Source: Acidobacteriota bacterium | GTDB taxonomy: Bacteria > Acidobacteriota > Polarisedimenticolia > Gp22-AA2 | NCBI GenBank assembly: GCA_003223165.1 | Contig: QHXZ01000026.1 | Location: forward strand, 18,827 to 61,385 | Length of the DNA stretch: 42,559 nucleotides | Direction of reading: 5' to 3' | Shown: positions 39,376 through 42,559 of the stretch, piece after piece | Layout: every line of letters starts with the position of its first letter | Position numbering within the stretch: the stretch's first letter is position 1 | Translations under genes and position numbers: made by a program | Notes under the pieces: generated by a model | Told to the model about the DNA's origin: nothing | The model's input: the letters and a program-made list of their open reading frames with translations, nothing else | Database searches by the model: none

Positions 39376-41337
39376 ATGTGCGGCCTCGCCGGCGCCCTCT
39401 CCCTGGATGGCCGCTCCGTGCACCGGGAGGATGTCCGCGCCATGACGGACGCCCTGGCGCACCGCGGCCCGGACGAGGGCGCGGTCGTGATGGTCGGAGC
39501 GGAGGGGCCGGCCACGCGTGGCCTGCCGCTCCTGGGCCTGGGGCACCGCCGCCTCAGGGTGATCGACCTGACCCCCGCCGCCGCCCAGCCGATGCGCGAC
39601 GCCCTTGGCCGCGGCTGGCTGGTCTACAACGGGGAGCTCTACAACGCCGCCGACCTGCGCCGCGATCTCGAGGGACGCGGGGCGCGCTTCCGCTCGCGCT
39701 CGGACACCGAGGTGGTCCTGCAGGCGCTCCTCGCCTGGGGACCGGAAGCGCTGGCGCGCTTCAACGGCATGTTCGCCCTGGCGTTCTGGTCGGAGGCGGA
39801 TGGGAGCCTCCTCCTGGCCCGTGACAGGTTCGGAGAGAAGCCTCTCTACTACGCGCTGGCCGGGGGCCTGCTGGTCTTCGCCTCGGAGCTGGGGGCGCTG
39901 GCGCGCCATGGCGGAGTGCCGCTGGAGATCGACCCCGAGGCGGTCGAGCTGTACTTGACCTTCGGGTTCATCCCGGCGCCCTGGACCATCTACCGCGCGG
40001 CGCGCAAGCTGCCGCACGCCTCATTCCTCCTGGCCCGCCGCGGCCGGGATCCCGAGATCGGCCGCTACTATCGGCTCGAGGAGCGGCTGGAGCGACCCGC
40101 CCCGGCGCGCCCCGCCGAGGAGGTGCGTCAGGCCCTCGAAGCGGCCGTGCGCCGCCGCCTGGAGTCCGATGTGCCTCTCGGCGCCTTCCTCTCGGGCGGG
40201 GTCGATTCGGCGGCGGTCGTCGCCTTCATGCGCCGCGGCGGCGAGGAGCCGCCGCGCACCTACTCGATGGGCATCCAAGGGATCGGCTACTTCGACGAGT
40301 CGGAGCGCGCCCGCCGCACGGCGCGGCACCTCGGCACCCGCCACCACGAGACCCTCGTGGACGCCGCCTGCCTGCAGGCGGAGATCCCCTCCGTGCTGGA
40401 CGGCCTCGACGAGCCGTTCGCGGACTCCTCCGCCCTGGCCTCGTCGCTCATCGCGCGCCAGGCGCGCCGCGACCTGACGGTGGCGCTCTCCGGAGATGGA
40501 GGCGACGAGGTGTTCGGAGGCTACCGCGTCTACCGGGCGCTGGCGGCCCACGGCGCCCTCGCCCGGCTGCCCGCGCGCCTGCGCGCGGCGCTCGCGGCCC
40601 TGCTCGCGCCCCTTCCGGCGAGGCATGGCGGAGGGCCGGCGGGGATGGTGCGGCGGCTGCGCCGGCTGGTCGACGGCCTGGGCGACGACCTGGCCGGGGC
40701 GCACGCCGCCTGGATGTCGATCGCCCCCTCCGTCGTGCGCCGCGCGCTCCGCCCCGGAACCCCCGATCGCGGCCTGGGGCGCGCCCTGGTCGCCGATCGT
40801 TACCGCCGCTTCGCCGCCGGCGGCCGGCGGGGCCCGATCGAGCGCATCCTGCCGGTCGAGATCGACCTGCCGCTCCCGGACGACATGCTCGCCAAGGTGG
40901 ATCGCACCAGCATGCGGCACGCGCTCGAAGTGCGCGCGCCGTTTCTCGACCCCGACCTGGTCGAGATGGCCCTGTCGCTGCCTGCGGCGGCGCACTTCTC
41001 CGCCTCCTCCGGCAAGCGCCTGCTGCGGCGCGCCCTGCGCGGCGTGCTGCCTTCCGCGGTGCTGCGCGGCCCGAAGCGCGGCTTCGAGGTTCCGGTCGGA
41101 CACTGGATCGCGGGACCGCTGCGCGGGCTGTACGAGGAGGTCGTCTCCGCCGCCGCGCTCGCCGACCTTCCCGGGATCGATCCCCGGGAGGCGGCGCGTC
41201 TCTTCGCCGAGCACCGCGAGCGCCGCGCCGACCACGGATCTCTCCTGTGGTCCCTGTTCGCCTTCTGCTGGTGGAGCCGCGGGCCGCGCCACGCGCAGGC
41301 GCAGGTCAGCCGCGCGCTGGCTCGAGGAGGGAGGTGA
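39376..41337 (+). CDS. asnB: Asparagine synthase (glutamine-hydrolysing) family amidotransferase
   Basis: 653 aa with the N-terminal nucleophile MCGLAG, the Ntn-GATase region (YNGELYN, SDTEV) and the PP-loop LSGGVDSAAV. It is the last gene of the plus-strand array. Confidence 0.92.
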   Translation: MCGLAGALSLDGRSVHREDVRAMTDALAHRGPDEGAVVMVGAEGPATRGLPLLGLGHRRLRVIDLTPAAAQPMRDALGRGWLVYNGELYNAADLRRDLEGRGARFRSRSDTEVVLQALLAWGPEALARFNGMFALAFWSEADGSLLLARDRFGEKPLYYALAGGLLVFASELGALARHGGVPLEIDPEAVELYLTFGFIPAPWTIYRAARKLPHASFLLARRGRDPEIGRYYRLEERLERPAPARPAEEVRQALEAAVRRRLESDVPLGAFLSGGVDSAAVVAFMRRGGEEPPRTYSMGIQGIGYFDESERARRTARHLGTRHHETLVDAACLQAEIPSVLDGLDEPFADSSALASSLIARQARRDLTVALSGDGGDEVFGGYRVYRALAAHGALARLPARLRAALAALLAPLPARHGGGPAGMVRRLRRLVDGLGDDLAGAHAAWMSIAPSVVRRALRPGTPDRGLGRALVADRYRRFAAGGRRGPIERILPVEIDLPLPDDMLAKVDRTSMRHALEVRAPFLDPDLVEMALSLPAAAHFSASSGKRLLRRALRGVLPSAVLRGPKRGFEVPVGHWIAGPLRGLYEEVVSAAALADLPGIDPREAARLFAEHRERRADHGSLLWSLFAFCWWSRGPRHAQAQVSRALARGGR

Positions 41338-41689
41338 CGGTCTTGAGCAGGGCGGAGGGCTGGATCGGCTTCGGGATGTAGGCGTTGGCCCCCAGCGCCA
41401 GCCCGCGTTTGCGGTCCTCGTCGGCGCCTTCCGTGGTGACGATCACGATCGGCATCGCCTTGGTGCGCGCGTTGCCGCGGATGAGCGAGACCAGCTTGAG
41501 GCCGTCCATCATCGGCATGTTGATGTCGGTGATGACCAGGTCGACGCGATCGGTCGTCAGCTTCTTCAGGGCGTCGACGCCGTCCACCGCCTCGAGGATG
41601 CGGCAACCCTGAAGGCGCCGCAGGGTGAAGGCGATCAGCTGGCGCATCGTCGGCGAGTCTTCAACGACCAGGAGTGTGGGGGCGCTCAT
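41306..41689 (-). CDS. Single-domain response regulator (CheY-like)
   Basis: 127 aa with LLVVEDS, VITDINMPMMDG, VTTEG and YIPKP. Its 3' end overlaps the asnB 3' end by 32 bp (convergent). Confidence 0.9.
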   Translation of the reverse strand: MSAPTLLVVEDSPTMRQLIAFTLRRLQGCRILEAVDGVDALKKLTTDRVDLVITDINMPMMDGLKLVSLIRGNARTKAMPIVIVTTEGADEDRKRGLALGANAYIPKPIQPSALLKTVTSLLEPARG

Positions 41690-41707
41690 GACCTCTCCGT
41701 GCCGGGC

Positions 41708-42490
41708 TCAGGGCGAGGGTGCCGTGAGCATGTCGAGAAAGCCCTGCAGGTTGCTGAGTTTCTGCTCCGATCGCTGGTACAGCTTGGAGCTGAACAGGGC
41801 GGTCGCCGCGTGGCCCGCCAGGAGCGTGAACATCTCGAAATCCAGCGGCGTGAAGCGCTCCTTCTGCTGCAGCAGCCGGTAGATGGCGATCACGCCGATG
41901 ACGCCCGGCCCGATCTTGAGCGGGATGCAGGCGATCGGGCGGGCGGGATCGACGCGCGGGTCCTCCGGGAGCGGATCGGCGTAATACGATTCTCCCTCCC
42001 GGGCGGCGCGCGCCAGCGGCCCCGATCCGGCCCGCACGCTGGACGGGAGCGCGTCCCCCATCCCCTGGCTGGCCTCGGTCTTCAGATGGCCGGCTTTCTC
42101 GTCCACCCAGTAGAGGGCGAACGCTTCGGCCCCCACCAGGTTGATCAGGATCTCGCGCACCGTGTCCACCACCTCCGCGAAGTTGAGCGTCGCATGCAGC
42201 TGGTAGGAAGCCACGTAGAGGTTCGCCAGCTGGTTGTTCTGCGACTCGATCTCGTCGTAGCGCGAGGCGAAGCTGCGGTTGATCTCCTCCACCTGGCGAA
42301 AGCGGCGCAGCAGGTCGTCGCGCTCCTTTTCGAGCTCACGCACGCGCGCCTCGAGCGCCTGCGAGCCGTCCCCGGATCCCCCCGGCGTGCCGTGCTGCTC
42401 CAGCTCGCGGCCCAGCCCGGCGACCCGGAAGCGCAGCCTTTCGTTTTCGCGCAGCAGCTCCTCGGTGAAGGCGCGGGCCTGGCTGAACAT
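41708..42490 (-). CDS. Coiled-coil plus GAF-domain protein. The N-terminus may extend beyond the right window edge.
   Basis: 260 aa from the first in-window ATG. The N-terminal half is heptad-like (LRENERLRFRVAGLGRELE...RVRELEKERDDLLRRFRQVEEINRSF). The C-terminal part is GAF-like (VVDTVREILINLVGAEAFALYWVDE...IACIPLKIGPGVIGVIAIYRLL). The frame stays open upstream to position 42559. Confidence 0.72.
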   Translation of the reverse strand: MFSQARAFTEELLRENERLRFRVAGLGRELEQHGTPGGSGDGSQALEARVRELEKERDDLLRRFRQVEEINRSFASRYDEIESQNNQLANLYVASYQLHATLNFAEVVDTVREILINLVGAEAFALYWVDEKAGHLKTEASQGMGDALPSSVRAGSGPLARAAREGESYYADPLPEDPRVDPARPIACIPLKIGPGVIGVIAIYRLLQQKERFTPLDFEMFTLLAGHAATALFSSKLYQRSEQKLSNLQGFLDMLTAPSP

Positions 42491-42559
42491 GGCGCGCAGC
42501 GCCTCGCCGCGCGCGGCGAGGTCGTCGACATCCCCCGGGGGGAGCGCCTCGTCCTGCTG

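Noticed and set aside
39376-41337. Possibility that the AsnB homologue is the missing lasso cyclase for the YxxPxL-containing peptide.
   Set aside because: It keeps the MCG N-terminal glutamine-amidotransferase nucleophile, which lasso cyclases typically lack. It lies ~22 kb from the peptide, at the end of the sugar-modification genes, and no transglutaminase-like B2 protease is present. An EPS amidotransferase role is more parsimonious. A phylogeny against known lasso C proteins would settle it.

Overview
Very GC-rich bacterial chromosomal window from a diderm organism (an lptE lipoprotein and an outer-membrane polysaccharide export gene are present). All calls come from reading the supplied translations and my own hand translation; no searches were run.

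(1) Positions 1-13.3 kb are an ordinary minus-strand housekeeping block: a partial SPFH/alkaline-phosphatase-family fusion gene that the ORF track misses because it runs off the edge, then ahcY, metK, dnaE, guaA, holA, lptE and leuS.

(2) Positions ~13.45-41.3 kb are one co-directional plus-strand array of 24 genes with almost no intergenic DNA. I count 15 ATGA/GTGA start-stop overlaps.
- The array opens with the most interesting part, a five-gene RiPP-like module: PF14907-like nucleotidyltransferase, PqqD/RRE protein, radical SAM-SPASM enzyme, a 63-aa Cys-containing peptide with a lasso-type YxxPxL leader motif and a C-terminal Ser, and an HPr-kinase-like P-loop kinase. No lasso cyclase, leader protease or exporter is adjacent.
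- The module runs directly into a CheY receiver and a catalytically degenerate GspE/PilB-like protein fused to a degenerate HD-GYP domain.
- Next comes an S24/S26 (Ser-His type) peptidase fused in frame to a frameshifted Wza-like exporter.
- The rest is a complete Wzx/Wzy-type exopolysaccharide locus: Wzc tyrosine kinase, Wzy/O-antigen-ligase-like protein, Wzx, six glycosyltransferases, a methyltransferase, a PHP protein, WbqC, a PIG-L deacetylase, a DegT aminotransferase, a WecA-like initiating transferase and AsnB.

(3) The right end carries a minus-strand GAF/coiled-coil protein plus a CheY pair.

I recognised no rRNA, tRNA, CRISPR array or transposase. Many very long ORFs in the track are alternative-frame or antisense artefacts of the high GC content.
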